A DNA stretch of 64,000 bases from an uncultured Candidatus Saccharibacteria bacterium (GCA_964414295.1 CAYPVU010000020.1:43289-107288), one strand, 5' to 3'. Shown: positions 48,295 through 58,636, numbered from the stretch's first letter. The notes: generated by a model not told the origin, from the sequence alone. Made by a program: numbers and translations.

Positions 48295-49252
48295 AATTGC
48301 CTACTTGTGTTGTAGAACTAATTGCAGCTGCATGAGTTATTGTTAAATGCTGCGCAGTAGTTAATAAATCACTTGTTTGTGTAGAAGATGCAATTGATAC
48401 CTCTGTTGTTGGAACAGCTTTATAAGCATCATCGTAGTTGTTTAAAGCAGCAAACCTAGAACCTGGTGTGGAGATATAAAAGCCATACGATTCTACCCCT
48501 GCACTAATAGTTCCAGAAGTATTTGTAAAATTTACTGCACCATTTCTAAGTGCTCCATCGGAATTAATGCTTAGACTTGCTCCATTTTGATTATTTGTTC
48601 CAATTCCAATGTCGTATAGACATGTTTTAACAGCATTAATAGTAAGTACGCCTAATCCGCAAGAATTTGGATTAGATAATTTAGTATTAGTTCCCGCCTG
48701 ATATATTTCTAAAGAAAGGTTAGGCGGAACGTAAGCAGTAATTTGTACTTCGTTTTCTTTTACATCTTCAGAAGAAATATAAGCTAGACCAGCACCACTA
48801 TCAACTGTTGTACCTAATCCTCCTATATCTACTGCTGCAGAAAAAGAGTAATTTCCTTCTGCTGAAGGTGTTGTTAGTTGGTTTGACGATCCAATAATTA
48901 CAGTTACGGCCGATGTAAATGAACTTGAAACATTTAATGTACATACAAAATATCCATTTACAAACCCTGAACAATTTTTCCCGGTTATATTACCACCACT
49001 TATTGCAATGTCTGTATTTGTAAGTGCTGCTCCCCCTGTAAATAGAGTATCGTAAGAAATACTTAGAATGGTTCCATTTGTTATTGCTGAAGCAGGGGTA
49101 AATGTTAATGTTATATTTGTTGCAGTTGATTCATTCTGGGATGCCGGTGTAACAGTAAAATTTGTTAGACTTGCAGCGTTTAATTTAGAAAAAAAGAAAA
49201 CAGATACTGAAACTAAGAATATAGTAGAAATAAAGAATTTTACTCTTTTCAT
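48257..49252 (-). CDS. secreted Thr/Ser/Gly-rich Cys-paired surface protein, A-type paralog 1
   Basis: Signal peptide. KNCSGFVNGYFVCT and NPNSCGLGVLTINAVKTCLY. C-terminal ...VTYRAYTN. Confidence 0.6.
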   Translation of the reverse strand: MKRVKFFISTIFLVSVSVFFFSKLNAASLTNFTVTPASQNESTATNITLTFTPASAITNGTILSISYDTLFTGGAALTNTDIAISGGNITGKNCSGFVNGYFVCTLNVSSSFTSAVTVIIGSSNQLTTPSAEGNYSFSAAVDIGGLGTTVDSGAGLAYISSEDVKENEVQITAYVPPNLSLEIYQAGTNTKLSNPNSCGLGVLTINAVKTCLYDIGIGTNNQNGASLSINSDGALRNGAVNFTNTSGTISAGVESYGFYISTPGSRFAALNNYDDAYKAVPTTEVSIASSTQTSDLLTTAQHLTITHAAAISSTTQVGNYAHKVTYRAYTN

Positions 49253-49315
49253 TGATAGGTATTACTTAATGAATCTATTAATAGTTAAACATTATTTGCA
49301 AATGGTGTCAATTTA

Positions 49316-50728
49316 TTAATTCAACCATTTTACATTTATACCTATAAGTTTATTATCGTAAACTTTGTTGGTAATAGTATCAAATACTATTATAGATCCT
49401 GAATATGGTTTATTCTGAAAGCCGTAATTTCTAATTTTAGAATAATCTTTCAAATTAATTTCTGTGTACTGCTCCATTGCAATGTATCTATCATCTGCAC
49501 TAATAGTGGGTAATTCTAAACTAAAGTTTTCGGATTTAATTATATCGATTTTATTTCCTTCAAGATCTGTTTGTACTATTTTATATATACCTTTTGTTGT
49601 AGGTAATTCTTTCCAAAATTCCGCATATAAAATCTCATTAGTTCTATTTTTAAATTGAGGATCAAGTGCTGGAGTATCTCCATTAGTAATTTGCTTAGTG
49701 TTTCGATTTGAATCAAAAACAGTTATAAATTGTGCAGTTGTATATGTATTTAACGGGTCAAAATTTATAAGTGCTAATAATGTATTATCGTAGTTAAAGT
49801 TCCCGTTAGATAAAAATCTTCCTATGCCTACATACTCTTCTTGCTGATCTGTTTCTGCTAGATTAAAAAAGGAATCACCGGTTTTATATAGAAGTGAGCT
49901 TCCATCTCTAGAATATTCAATAAAAGCAACATCTTTTGCAGTATCTTGAGGATTAAACTCTTTTTCTTCTTGAGTATCGATATTATAGACATAAACTTTT
50001 GCGTCTGACCTTGGCAAGTAGTAAGTAGGGTAAATCTCAATCTCTTGTTTTATATATGCAAATTCATTCTTATATTTAGATGGCGAAAAAGAAAAGGAAT
50101 TAATTCTAATGTTAGGCAAATTAAAGTCTTTCACTTCGCCTGTATTTCTATTAAGTATTTCGATATTATTCTTATACTTGTCTTCAGTAACTACAACTAA
50201 GTAATTTGAATTTATTCCATAAAATATAATATTTTCTCTTTGTAATAATTGTTGTCTGCCAGTTTGATCTGCATTATAAATTGCAATTGTATCTAGATTA
50301 GAACCAGGAGTTTTTTCAACAACCGCAAACTTAGGAATTTCTGTTGTGAACTCATAATTAAAGTCCTCAGTTAATGTATCTCCATAAATATCAATAATAT
50401 CCTTTTTTATTATAAGTGTGTATTTAGTTTGGGAATCTAGAGATGTATCAGGAATAATAACAAGTGTATTTCCGCTCCATAAAGATCTAAATTTAATTTC
50501 AGGTTCAATAATTATATTGTTTTCTATGGTTTCCTTTTTTATCGGCCTATTAAAGTCTATTCTAATCTGTTGGTTACTAATGTTTGCATTATCTTTATCC
50601 CCGTTTAAATTTACTGCAACAACCTTTGTATGTATAAATGTATTTAAAAATATAAACATAAGTATTAATGCAAAAATACTTACAAAAGAAGATATTAATA
50701 ATGTATTAAATTTAATTTTTCTTTTCAT
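49316..50728 (-). CDS. signal-anchored protein with a TolB/WD40-like beta-propeller
   Basis: N-terminal TM. Repeated ~40-aa units with S(R/P)DG-like turns (YSRDGSSLLY, ISADDRYIAM). Confidence 0.45.
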   Translation of the reverse strand: MKRKIKFNTLLISSFVSIFALILMFIFLNTFIHTKVVAVNLNGDKDNANISNQQIRIDFNRPIKKETIENNIIIEPEIKFRSLWSGNTLVIIPDTSLDSQTKYTLIIKKDIIDIYGDTLTEDFNYEFTTEIPKFAVVEKTPGSNLDTIAIYNADQTGRQQLLQRENIIFYGINSNYLVVVTEDKYKNNIEILNRNTGEVKDFNLPNIRINSFSFSPSKYKNEFAYIKQEIEIYPTYYLPRSDAKVYVYNIDTQEEKEFNPQDTAKDVAFIEYSRDGSSLLYKTGDSFFNLAETDQQEEYVGIGRFLSNGNFNYDNTLLALINFDPLNTYTTAQFITVFDSNRNTKQITNGDTPALDPQFKNRTNEILYAEFWKELPTTKGIYKIVQTDLEGNKIDIIKSENFSLELPTISADDRYIAMEQYTEINLKDYSKIRNYGFQNKPYSGSIIVFDTITNKVYDNKLIGINVKWLN

Positions 50729-51573
50729 TAAAATATATATGGATTTTCTGGTTGATCAATTTTAATTATATTAATCGGTTCAATAAATAACTGATTATCA
50801 GAATTAATGTTGAATTTTCCTTCAACTTCAATCCATTCATCTTGTTTATATTTATACCCCTCGTTTAAGCTTAATCTAAGTCCTACAGGTCTTGCATCAA
50901 CAGCACAACAAGTAACAATAAATCTAGCAATTAATACCTCGTTCTCTAATAAACTAATGTTTTCAGGTTTATAAATAAATCCACTAATTTTTACATCTTT
51001 ATCCTTATAGAATAAAGGATCCGGATTGTAGTTTATTAGTGCTATCCAATCTCCTAAACTATAGTTAGAGGTAGATTTATTAAAATTATTAAGCGTTGTA
51101 TTTGTAGCTTGAGTAAGATTTATAGAGTTAAGATCAATTGATCTTTGAGAAGCGGTTACAGAACTTAGACTTTTTGCAGGTAAAGTTACTCCTATAAGAA
51201 TAATTCCTACAACAAGTGAATTACCTAATAAATCGTTCTTTAAAAATTGAGAAAGATTTTTATTAGGAGTAATAATTAAAAACGCAGCAATAATTATAAA
51301 CAGACTACTGAAAATAAAGGAAAGAAATACTAATAAAACAATAATTAATATTCTTGAATTTATAACTTCTCTTAACTCTTTTAAGTTACTTTTATGTTTA
51401 TAAAAAAAGTAAACTAAAGATATAAGTCCAATTAAAATAGCAACTATACTTGCTAGTAGGGATTCTTCAAAGAATCTTGGATGTATGTATAAAGATAGTT
51501 CTTTATTTAAATATAAAGATAATCCGTAAAATCCCATTATTGTTAATATTATTGAACTTATAATCTGTTTCAT
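50728..51573 (-). CDS. DUF1980/TIGR03943-family membrane protein (usual partner of COG0701 permeases)
   Basis: Three N-terminal TM helices plus a C-terminal soluble domain. Start/stop overlaps the upstream permease. Confidence 0.5.
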   Translation of the reverse strand: MKQIISSIILTIMGFYGLSLYLNKELSLYIHPRFFEESLLASIVAILIGLISLVYFFYKHKSNLKELREVINSRILIIVLLVFLSFIFSSLFIIIAAFLIITPNKNLSQFLKNDLLGNSLVVGIILIGVTLPAKSLSSVTASQRSIDLNSINLTQATNTTLNNFNKSTSNYSLGDWIALINYNPDPLFYKDKDVKISGFIYKPENISLLENEVLIARFIVTCCAVDARPVGLRLSLNEGYKYKQDEWIEVEGKFNINSDNQLFIEPINIIKIDQPENPYIF

Positions 51574-52655
51574 TTTATAAAGTTAACTATCAGTGCTGTT
51601 AAAAGACTTAGCATAAACACTAAACTACTTATAATTAAAAGCAATTTAGGTTTATATGTTGTTCTTAACATTGTTAATATTTTAATATCAATCATTGGAC
51701 CAAATACTAAGAATCCTATAATTGACCCTATTGTAAAACTATTTGCATAAGATAATGCAAAGAAAGCATCAACATTTGAACAAATTGAAATAATAAATGC
51801 CAACAATAACATTGCTAAAATTGATAGAATTGGATTCTGCCCAATTGCAATTATAATGTCTCTCGGAACAAATGTTTGGGAAGCAGCAGCAAGCATTGCA
51901 CCAATAATAAGGACTTTAAAGATTTCTATAAATTCTCTTTGAAATGTATTAAGTGCTTCTATAAATCTATTTTTATTATGTTTATGAACTTGAGTATCAC
52001 AGATTTCTTGATAGAAATCTAAGTTTAAAAACTCATTCTGAGGTTTTTTAAAACTTAATAATATTCCTACAAAGTTTGCAATTATAAATGCAGCTACTAA
52101 TCTAATTACAACAACACTTTTATCGTAATTAAAAGCTTCTAATGTAGTTAAAAAGGTTACTGGATTTAATATAGGAGCAGCTAATAAAAATGTTATTGAC
52201 TGTGATACGCTAAATCCACCTAAAAGTAATCTTCTTGCTACCGGGATGTTACCGCATTCGCACACTGGTAAGAAAACCCCCAATACCGAGACCTTTACAT
52301 GTGAGTATATTCTATTAGTCTTAAACTTATTATCAATACTTGAAGCTGATTCATACAAATAATGTAAAGGGAATAGTATTTTTTTATGTTTATAAACAAA
52401 TGTTTTTAAGAATTCAAAAACCCCAACTCCAATTAGAGTTGAAATTGAGACTCCTAAAATAATAAAAGGAAAAGCTTCTACAACAATACTTAAAACTAAT
52501 GTAATAAAGTCCTGAACTCTTAACGATAGCAATTGTCCAGATTCTGAATATTGAAAAAAACTATATCCACCATTAAGTTGATATAAAAAGATTCCAGCGA
52601 GTATAGCCAGCAAAAAAAGTTTATTGATATTTGTGCTAGAAAATAAGTTCTTCAT
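51570..52655 (-). CDS. DUF318/COG0701-family permease (ArsP-like)
   Basis: About 8-10 TM helices and the conserved LPVCECGNIPVARRL motif. Confidence 0.6.
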   Translation of the reverse strand: MKNLFSSTNINKLFLLAILAGIFLYQLNGGYSFFQYSESGQLLSLRVQDFITLVLSIVVEAFPFIILGVSISTLIGVGVFEFLKTFVYKHKKILFPLHYLYESASSIDNKFKTNRIYSHVKVSVLGVFLPVCECGNIPVARRLLLGGFSVSQSITFLLAAPILNPVTFLTTLEAFNYDKSVVVIRLVAAFIIANFVGILLSFKKPQNEFLNLDFYQEICDTQVHKHNKNRFIEALNTFQREFIEIFKVLIIGAMLAAASQTFVPRDIIIAIGQNPILSILAMLLLAFIISICSNVDAFFALSYANSFTIGSIIGFLVFGPMIDIKILTMLRTTYKPKLLLIISSLVFMLSLLTALIVNFIK

Positions 52656-53029
52656 TTATTTATATTTTATCATCAAAAATTTGAAGTTTTTTAGATATTG
52701 CACTTTTAATATATAATATGTTCTATGACATTTATTAATACAAACGACATAATGTTTCTTTTATACTTAACAATCTGCTGCATTTGTACTGTTCTATTTG
52801 TAGTCTTGGTAGCTGCAGTGTATATTCTATCTTCTGCAAGAGTACGAGCAGCTCTAGTAACTTTAAGTTTAATAAAAACTATAGTAGATCTTTTTAAGGA
52901 TATTTTTTTTTGCAGCAAAAACTGTAAGAAATAAAACTAAATCTTCTAAAACCACTAAAAAGAATAGCAGCTTTATAGATGCAGAATTTAGAGACAAGGA
53001 TTAATTAAGTTTGATGTATAATTCTGCTT

Positions 53030-55537
53030 ATGACCCCAATGCAGGAACAGTATCAAAAAATTAAATCAGAGTATCAAGATTTTATTATCCTTTTTAGGCT
53101 TGGTGATTTTTACGAAACATTTAATGAAGATGCAATACAAATTTCTAAAGTCTTAGGTATTACATTAACAAGTAGAGGTAAAGATGCAAACAAAACACCA
53201 TTAGCAGGAATACCTTACCATGCACTTGCCAACTATATGCCTAAAATGGTTGAAGCTGGTTTAAAAGTAGTGATTGCAGAACAAATGGAAGAGGCAGTGC
53301 CAGGTAAATTAGTAGAAAGAAAAGTAACAAAGGTTATAACCCCAGGAACTGTAATGGATGAAAATTCCTTAGATTCAACTAAAAATAATTACATTGCTTG
53401 TTTTAATCGATATACATTAAATAAGGCTACAGAGTATTTATTAGCATATAGTGATTTAACAACAGGATTGCTTCAAGTCTTTTCATCTAAATCTTTAAAT
53501 CAATTTAAGCTTGAATTAAACAAAGTGAATCCATCAGAAATTTTGGTTAGTTCTAAGGATTATGACTTTTTAAAAGAGATCTCATCTAAATCTATTGAAA
53601 AGGTAGAAGATAATAAATTTGAAATAAACTATGCCCTTGAATGCTTATTAAGCCAATTAGGTGTTCTTTCATTAAAAGGTTACGGACTAGAGGATAATGA
53701 CCCTTTAGTAATAGTAGCAGGTGTTTTAATTAACTATTTAAAGGAATGCCAAAAGGGAGAGCTTAAGCATTTAAAATCTATAAAAAAATACTCTTATTCT
53801 GACTACATGCAGTTAGATACAGAAACAATAAGAAATCTTGAATTAATCTATTCTACAAGTGGAAATGATTCTAATACCCTATATACAGTACTTAATAGAT
53901 GTTCAACTTCAATGGGGAAAAGAAATTTAAGAAAGTGGCTTATTTATCCATTAATTAATAGAGACAAATTAATAGATAGATTAGAAAGTGTTGAAGCATT
54001 TTACTCTAACCCCATACTATCCTCGGATCTAAGTAATACTTTAAACAACATTTCTGATATAGAAAGGATTTCAGGACGAATCGGAGTGGGCAGTGCATTA
54101 CCAAGAGATTTAATAGCACTTAAACAAAGTTTAATAAGTATTAAGCAAATAGCTGAAATATTAAATAATAATTCATTATCTAATAGATTAAAGATTCTTG
54201 TAGATAAACTTACTAGTGCAGATTCCGAATTAAACCCAATTATAAACAAAATAATAGAAACAATAGATGATTCAATAGATAATGAGCCTCCTGCTACATT
54301 AAGTGATGTTGGGATTATAAAAACTGGTTTTAATTCAGAAATAGATGAAATTAGATCATTAAGACAAAATTCCAAACAAGTATTATCAAAAATGCAAACT
54401 GATGAAGCTAGCAGTACAGGAATAACTTCTTTAAAAATTTCCTTTAATCAGGTATTTGGTTACTATATAGAGATAACAAAAACACATTTAAACAAAGTCC
54501 CAAGTCATTATATTCGAAAACAAACATTAGCAAATGCAGAAAGATTTATTACACCCGAGTTAAAGGAATTAGAAGAAAAGATTCTATCTTCCGAAGAAAA
54601 GTTAATTAAATTAGAACAAGCCGTATTCTTAGAAATTAGAAATAAGATAGCTGAATGTTTAGCAGAAATATTAGAGGTAGCAGAAATTATTGCTGAAATA
54701 GATTGCTATATAAGTTTTGCCAAGGTAGCTAAAGAAAATCGATACATAAAACCTATTTTAATTGAAGAAGATAAGCTGGAAATTAATAATTCTAGACATC
54801 CAGTAATCGAAAGAATTGTAAATGAATTTACCTCTAACTCGGCAAGTTTTAGTAAGGATAATCGTATACATATTCTTACTGGACCTAATATGTCTGGTAA
54901 ATCTACATATATTAGGCAAATAGCTTTAATTACTTTAATGGCACAAATAGGAAGTTTTGTACCTGCAGATTCAATGAGCTGGAATATTGTAGATAGAATT
55001 TTTACTAGAGTTGGGGCAACTGACAATTTAAGCAAAGGTGAATCAACTTTTATGGTAGAAATGAATGAAACTGCAAATATTCTTAATAATGCTACTTCTA
55101 ATAGTTTAATAATATTAGATGAAGTTGGAAGAGGAACAAGTACTTATGATGGAGTTGCTATTGCATGGTCAATTATTGAGTATATCTTTGAAAATTTAAA
55201 ATCAAAAACATTATTTGCAACACATTATCATGAGCTTATAAATCTTGAATCTCAATATAAAGGTATATGTAACTATAATGTAGAAGTATTAGAGGTAAAT
55301 GGAGAGATTATGTTTAAACATAAAATTGTAAAGGGAGGTACTAATAGAAGTTATGGTGTACATGTTGCTAAGTTAGCAGGAATACCTAACGAGGTGTTAG
55401 AAAAAGCAGATAAAATACTTAAGGCTTTTGAAAACGAAAGTTCAGTAGAAAAAACAGTAAATAAAAGTAATAACAAGTCCAAAAGCAAAATAGCAAAACC
55501 AAAAGCTATACACCCAGAACAGCTAGGTTTAATTTAG
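53030..55537 (+). CDS. mutS: DNA mismatch repair protein MutS (MutS1)
   Basis: N-terminal TPMQEQYQKIK...GDFYETF mismatch-binding motif. Walker A GPNMSGKSTYIRQ, the STFMVEM helix, Walker B ILDEVGRGTSTYDG. Confidence 0.9.
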   Translation: MTPMQEQYQKIKSEYQDFIILFRLGDFYETFNEDAIQISKVLGITLTSRGKDANKTPLAGIPYHALANYMPKMVEAGLKVVIAEQMEEAVPGKLVERKVTKVITPGTVMDENSLDSTKNNYIACFNRYTLNKATEYLLAYSDLTTGLLQVFSSKSLNQFKLELNKVNPSEILVSSKDYDFLKEISSKSIEKVEDNKFEINYALECLLSQLGVLSLKGYGLEDNDPLVIVAGVLINYLKECQKGELKHLKSIKKYSYSDYMQLDTETIRNLELIYSTSGNDSNTLYTVLNRCSTSMGKRNLRKWLIYPLINRDKLIDRLESVEAFYSNPILSSDLSNTLNNISDIERISGRIGVGSALPRDLIALKQSLISIKQIAEILNNNSLSNRLKILVDKLTSADSELNPIINKIIETIDDSIDNEPPATLSDVGIIKTGFNSEIDEIRSLRQNSKQVLSKMQTDEASSTGITSLKISFNQVFGYYIEITKTHLNKVPSHYIRKQTLANAERFITPELKELEEKILSSEEKLIKLEQAVFLEIRNKIAECLAEILEVAEIIAEIDCYISFAKVAKENRYIKPILIEEDKLEINNSRHPVIERIVNEFTSNSASFSKDNRIHILTGPNMSGKSTYIRQIALITLMAQIGSFVPADSMSWNIVDRIFTRVGATDNLSKGESTFMVEMNETANILNNATSNSLIILDEVGRGTSTYDGVAIAWSIIEYIFENLKSKTLFATHYHELINLESQYKGICNYNVEVLEVNGEIMFKHKIVKGGTNRSYGVHVAKLAGIPNEVLEKADKILKAFENESSVEKTVNKSNNKSKSKIAKPKAIHPEQLGLI

Positions 55538-55956
55538 CCTTCTAAAGAAGCTTCCTGTTTTAAGGTTAATACTATTGGATCTTCTTCGTGTTCTGCGTTA
55601 TAAACTTCTATAATCCCCTGTCCTCTGTAGGCTGCTCTTCTAAATGAGTTTATAGCTCTTGTTATTAACCCTCCTGTAGTGTGTGGATCTTTGTTAATTA
55701 TTAAGGATAATCTTTCTAATTCTTGTTGTCTTTGTAATTCAGCTTCCTCATCCTGTCTTACATATTTACCATTAATCTTTAACCATATATTTCTAGGATC
55801 AACTACAAATTCATGTACTTTTGCTGCAAAGGCAGCATCAGCTTCAATAGTATCTTCACCAGTATCTCCTAAAATAACTTTTAATATATTAAGAGAATCT
55901 GCGCCTATATTATTTACTTTCTTAAGAATTCTTTTATCTAAACCTTGTGTCGTCAT
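55534..55956 (-). CDS. hypothetical protein (140 aa)
   Basis: ORF only. It is convergent with mutS and overlaps it by 4 nt. Confidence 0.4.
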   Translation of the reverse strand: MTTQGLDKRILKKVNNIGADSLNILKVILGDTGEDTIEADAAFAAKVHEFVVDPRNIWLKINGKYVRQDEEAELQRQQELERLSLIINKDPHTTGGLITRAINSFRRAAYRGQGIIEVYNAEHEEDPIVLTLKQEASLEG

Positions 55957-56076
55957 AAATTTATATAATAATTAACTTATAATAACATTAGCATTTTGTA
56001 CCATACAACCTTTAGCAGTATCTCCACAAGATTGCCAGCTTTATGGTAAACTTCTTATGCTTTTAAAGTACAAAAA

Positions 56077-56805
56077 ATGGAACTTACAGAAAGACAGCAA
56101 AAATTATTACTCAGTATAATTAAGGAATTTATAAAAACAGCAGAAGCTGTAGGTTCAATTAGTCTTCAAAGCAAGTACAATCTAGATTTAAGCCCTGCAA
56201 CAATTAGAAACGAAATGTCTGTTCTTGTAGAAAGTGGATTTTTATTTCAAAAACATAATAGCGGCGGAAGAATTCCTACAACAAAGGGTTGGCGTTTTTT
56301 TATTGAATCATTAGGTGAGGATGAACTTAATCAAATTGATGAAATAACAAAAGAAAAAATTAAAGATGAACTTTATGGTTTAAGACCTAATAGCAAAGAA
56401 TTAATTAGAAAAGCAATTTTTGAACTATCAAGATTGTCTTTAAATCCTGCAGTTGCAATTATTGAAAATGAATTCTACTATGCTGGGTTAAGTGAAATGA
56501 TTAATATTCCTGAATTTCAAGAACACGATAATTTAAGAAGGATTTTAAGATTAATGGAAGATTATTACTCTTTATCAGAAATTCTTAATAAAGGTACTAG
56601 CGATGATGACATTAACATAATTATTGGTGAAGAAGCAGAGAATTCATTATTTAAGGACTATGCAGTAATATTTTCAGAAATTAGAGTAATGAAGTCACAA
56701 AGGGGTTACATTGCAGTAATTGGCCCAAATAGAATGGATTATTTGCAAATTATCCCTTCGGTAAAATATATTACAGATACAATTAGATATTTATTAAGTA
56801 ATTAA
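56077..56805 (+). CDS. hrcA: heat-inducible transcription repressor HrcA (short form, 242 aa)
   Basis: N-terminal LTERQQKLLLSIIKEFIKTAEAVGS...SPATIRNEMSVLVESGFLFQKHNSGGRIPTTKGWRFF matches the HrcA wHTH. Confidence 0.75.
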   Translation: MELTERQQKLLLSIIKEFIKTAEAVGSISLQSKYNLDLSPATIRNEMSVLVESGFLFQKHNSGGRIPTTKGWRFFIESLGEDELNQIDEITKEKIKDELYGLRPNSKELIRKAIFELSRLSLNPAVAIIENEFYYAGLSEMINIPEFQEHDNLRRILRLMEDYYSLSEILNKGTSDDDINIIIGEEAENSLFKDYAVIFSEIRVMKSQRGYIAVIGPNRMDYLQIIPSVKYITDTIRYLLSN

Positions 56806-56808
56806 TAT

Positions 56809-57750
56809 ATGGCAAGTTTACTTTCAGAATTAGATTCTGTACTAAAGCAAAGTTTGGAGTTAAAAAATAAGTATTTTGATGGCTATAAAATGGATTTAGA
56901 TCATGTAACTTTATTTACTTACGATCAGGAATCTTACGATCAATTAAACGAAAAAGCTCGTGCCTTAGGCGAATTAGAAAAAGAAGACGATAGAGGAAGC
57001 TTTTATAAATTAAATAATCCTTTTAAAGTTGAGGGTTACGATTTGACACATTTTAAAGTAGCAAAACCAAATGTACATAACCATAGTCAACATAAATGCG
57101 GCGTTTACTATAAGGTTGAAGATTATGATGACTTTAAGAAAAACTTTAACTCAATAACAGATGAAAAAGTTGTAAAACAGCAGCTACCAAATAAATCAGA
57201 AATCTTAAAAATAGATACAGATGTTGTACTATATGTAATCCCTGCAAATCAACCTGAAGTGGAAGATATTGAAGCAGCATTAGAAAGAACAGCAGAAGAA
57301 AAAGATATAGAAAGACTAAAAGCTCAACTATCAGAAGAGCAAATGAAAAGAATTCAAGTAATGGCTGATTTTCAAAATTACCAAAAAAGAATTGAGCAAG
57401 AAAAAAAGACATGGGGTGCTGTATCTAATATGGGATTAGTAAGAGAAATGTTAGAAGTTTATGATGATCTCCATTTAGCTTTAAATGATGAAAATCTTAA
57501 TTTAGATCATGCAAAGGTTTCAATAAAATCTGCCCAAGATAAATTAATTACTGCCGTATCTACAGTAGGTATAGAAGTAATTGATATAAATATAGGTGAA
57601 GAATTTGATAAAGAAAAAATGGAAGCAGTATCTACAATTTCAGCAGGAGAAGAGCAAAAGAATAAAGTAATTGCTGTAATATCTTCAGCTTACAAATATA
57701 AAGATAGAGAATTTATCTTAAAACCAGCCAAGGTTGTAGTAGGAAAATGA
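56809..57750 (+). CDS. grpE: nucleotide exchange factor GrpE with a ~110-aa extra N-terminal domain
   Basis: Canonical KRIQVMADFQNYQKRIEQE, GEEFDKEKMEAV and the C-terminal REFILKPAKVVV. Residues 1-160 have no GrpE counterpart. Confidence 0.75.
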   Translation: MASLLSELDSVLKQSLELKNKYFDGYKMDLDHVTLFTYDQESYDQLNEKARALGELEKEDDRGSFYKLNNPFKVEGYDLTHFKVAKPNVHNHSQHKCGVYYKVEDYDDFKKNFNSITDEKVVKQQLPNKSEILKIDTDVVLYVIPANQPEVEDIEAALERTAEEKDIERLKAQLSEEQMKRIQVMADFQNYQKRIEQEKKTWGAVSNMGLVREMLEVYDDLHLALNDENLNLDHAKVSIKSAQDKLITAVSTVGIEVIDINIGEEFDKEKMEAVSTISAGEEQKNKVIAVISSAYKYKDREFILKPAKVVVGK

Positions 57751-58604
57751 ATGATGTATTAATAGCGCCCTACAGAACAGATAGAAATAAAGCTTTAGAA
57801 ATATATTTAAGAGATAATTCTGATAATGTAGAGTTAGCTATAGAAAGGCTATTTGAGGAAATTCTTTATAAACTTGAAGATACAGGTATTAATAATACAA
57901 TACTAAACTATCCTTCAATATTAATAGCAGAAACAGTACTTAAATATAATAAACAGATTAAAGACTTCTTAATTAAAGATGTAAAGGATTTGCTTAAGAA
58001 TAGAGAATTTACAGAAAGAACTGCACGTAAATTTATAGATGAAAATCATAGACACATAAAATGGTCCTTAAATGAATGGATCCTTTTAAATGCAGGGTGC
58101 TGTATAGAGATATGCCATTTAAGTAAGGTTTGTTCAAATATTGTTAAGGAACAGCTTAAAAATAAAAACATTAATCCAGAATCATTATTTATACATAACC
58201 ATGTAGTAAGGCCTTTAGAATCTGAATATTTAATTACAAGAGGAGTTCAGTTAGGTGAAGTAGGATTTAAAAAAGAATACTTTATAGAATCTAGAACTAT
58301 TTCTGCAAAAATTATTAAGGCATCTAAAGTAATAGAAGCTGTAATATCTGAAGGCTCTTGGATTTATGATCCTCAAATATATAAGCTATGGAATGGAAAA
58401 CCTTTAGTAAAATTCGATTTTTTAGCAGACCAAAGATTAGTAGGACATAGGTTTTATGTTAAGACTCTTTTAGAAGGTGATACACAATTAAAATTTGCTT
58501 TAGAGAATAGTAAAACCAGACAAGCTCTTTATAAAGAAGGTAAATACATACCGGAAAGCTGGGGAGTAATATATTCAAAAAAAGAACTTTTAAAACAATT
58601 TTAA
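57747..58604 (+). CDS. hypothetical protein inserted between grpE and dnaK
   Basis: ORF in the operon; 4-nt overlap with grpE. No recognisable motifs. Confidence 0.45.
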   Translation: MNDVLIAPYRTDRNKALEIYLRDNSDNVELAIERLFEEILYKLEDTGINNTILNYPSILIAETVLKYNKQIKDFLIKDVKDLLKNREFTERTARKFIDENHRHIKWSLNEWILLNAGCCIEICHLSKVCSNIVKEQLKNKNINPESLFIHNHVVRPLESEYLITRGVQLGEVGFKKEYFIESRTISAKIIKASKVIEAVISEGSWIYDPQIYKLWNGKPLVKFDFLADQRLVGHRFYVKTLLEGDTQLKFALENSKTRQALYKEGKYIPESWGVIYSKKELLKQF

Positions 58605-58606
58605 AG

Positions 58607-58636
58607 TTGACAACTTCAAATTAGCAGTTATAGAAT
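58607..58636 (+). promoter_or_regulatory. sigma-70-like promoter upstream of dnaK
   Basis: TTGACA (58607-58612), an 18-nt spacer, then TAGAAT (58631-58636). It overlaps the CIRCE operator. Confidence 0.4.

Noticed and set aside
42107-49252. Possibility that the Thr-rich secreted proteins are WxL-domain proteins, type IV pilins or sortase substrates
   Set aside because: No W-x-L motifs occur in their C-terminal regions. The N-termini are ordinary Sec signal peptides with AxA sites rather than class III (G/FTLIE) prepilin signals. No LPXTG motif or sortase gene is present. The WxL/Csc resemblance is therefore kept only as an architectural analogy.
52706-52934. Two mutually antisense ~70-aa ORFs in the 374-bp gap between the DUF318 permease and mutS
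   Set aside because: They overlap each other completely, so at most one can be real. Neither has motifs and neither has an obvious RBS. The plus-strand one is hydrophobic and could be a small membrane protein, but the evidence is insufficient. The region more probably holds the divergent promoters.
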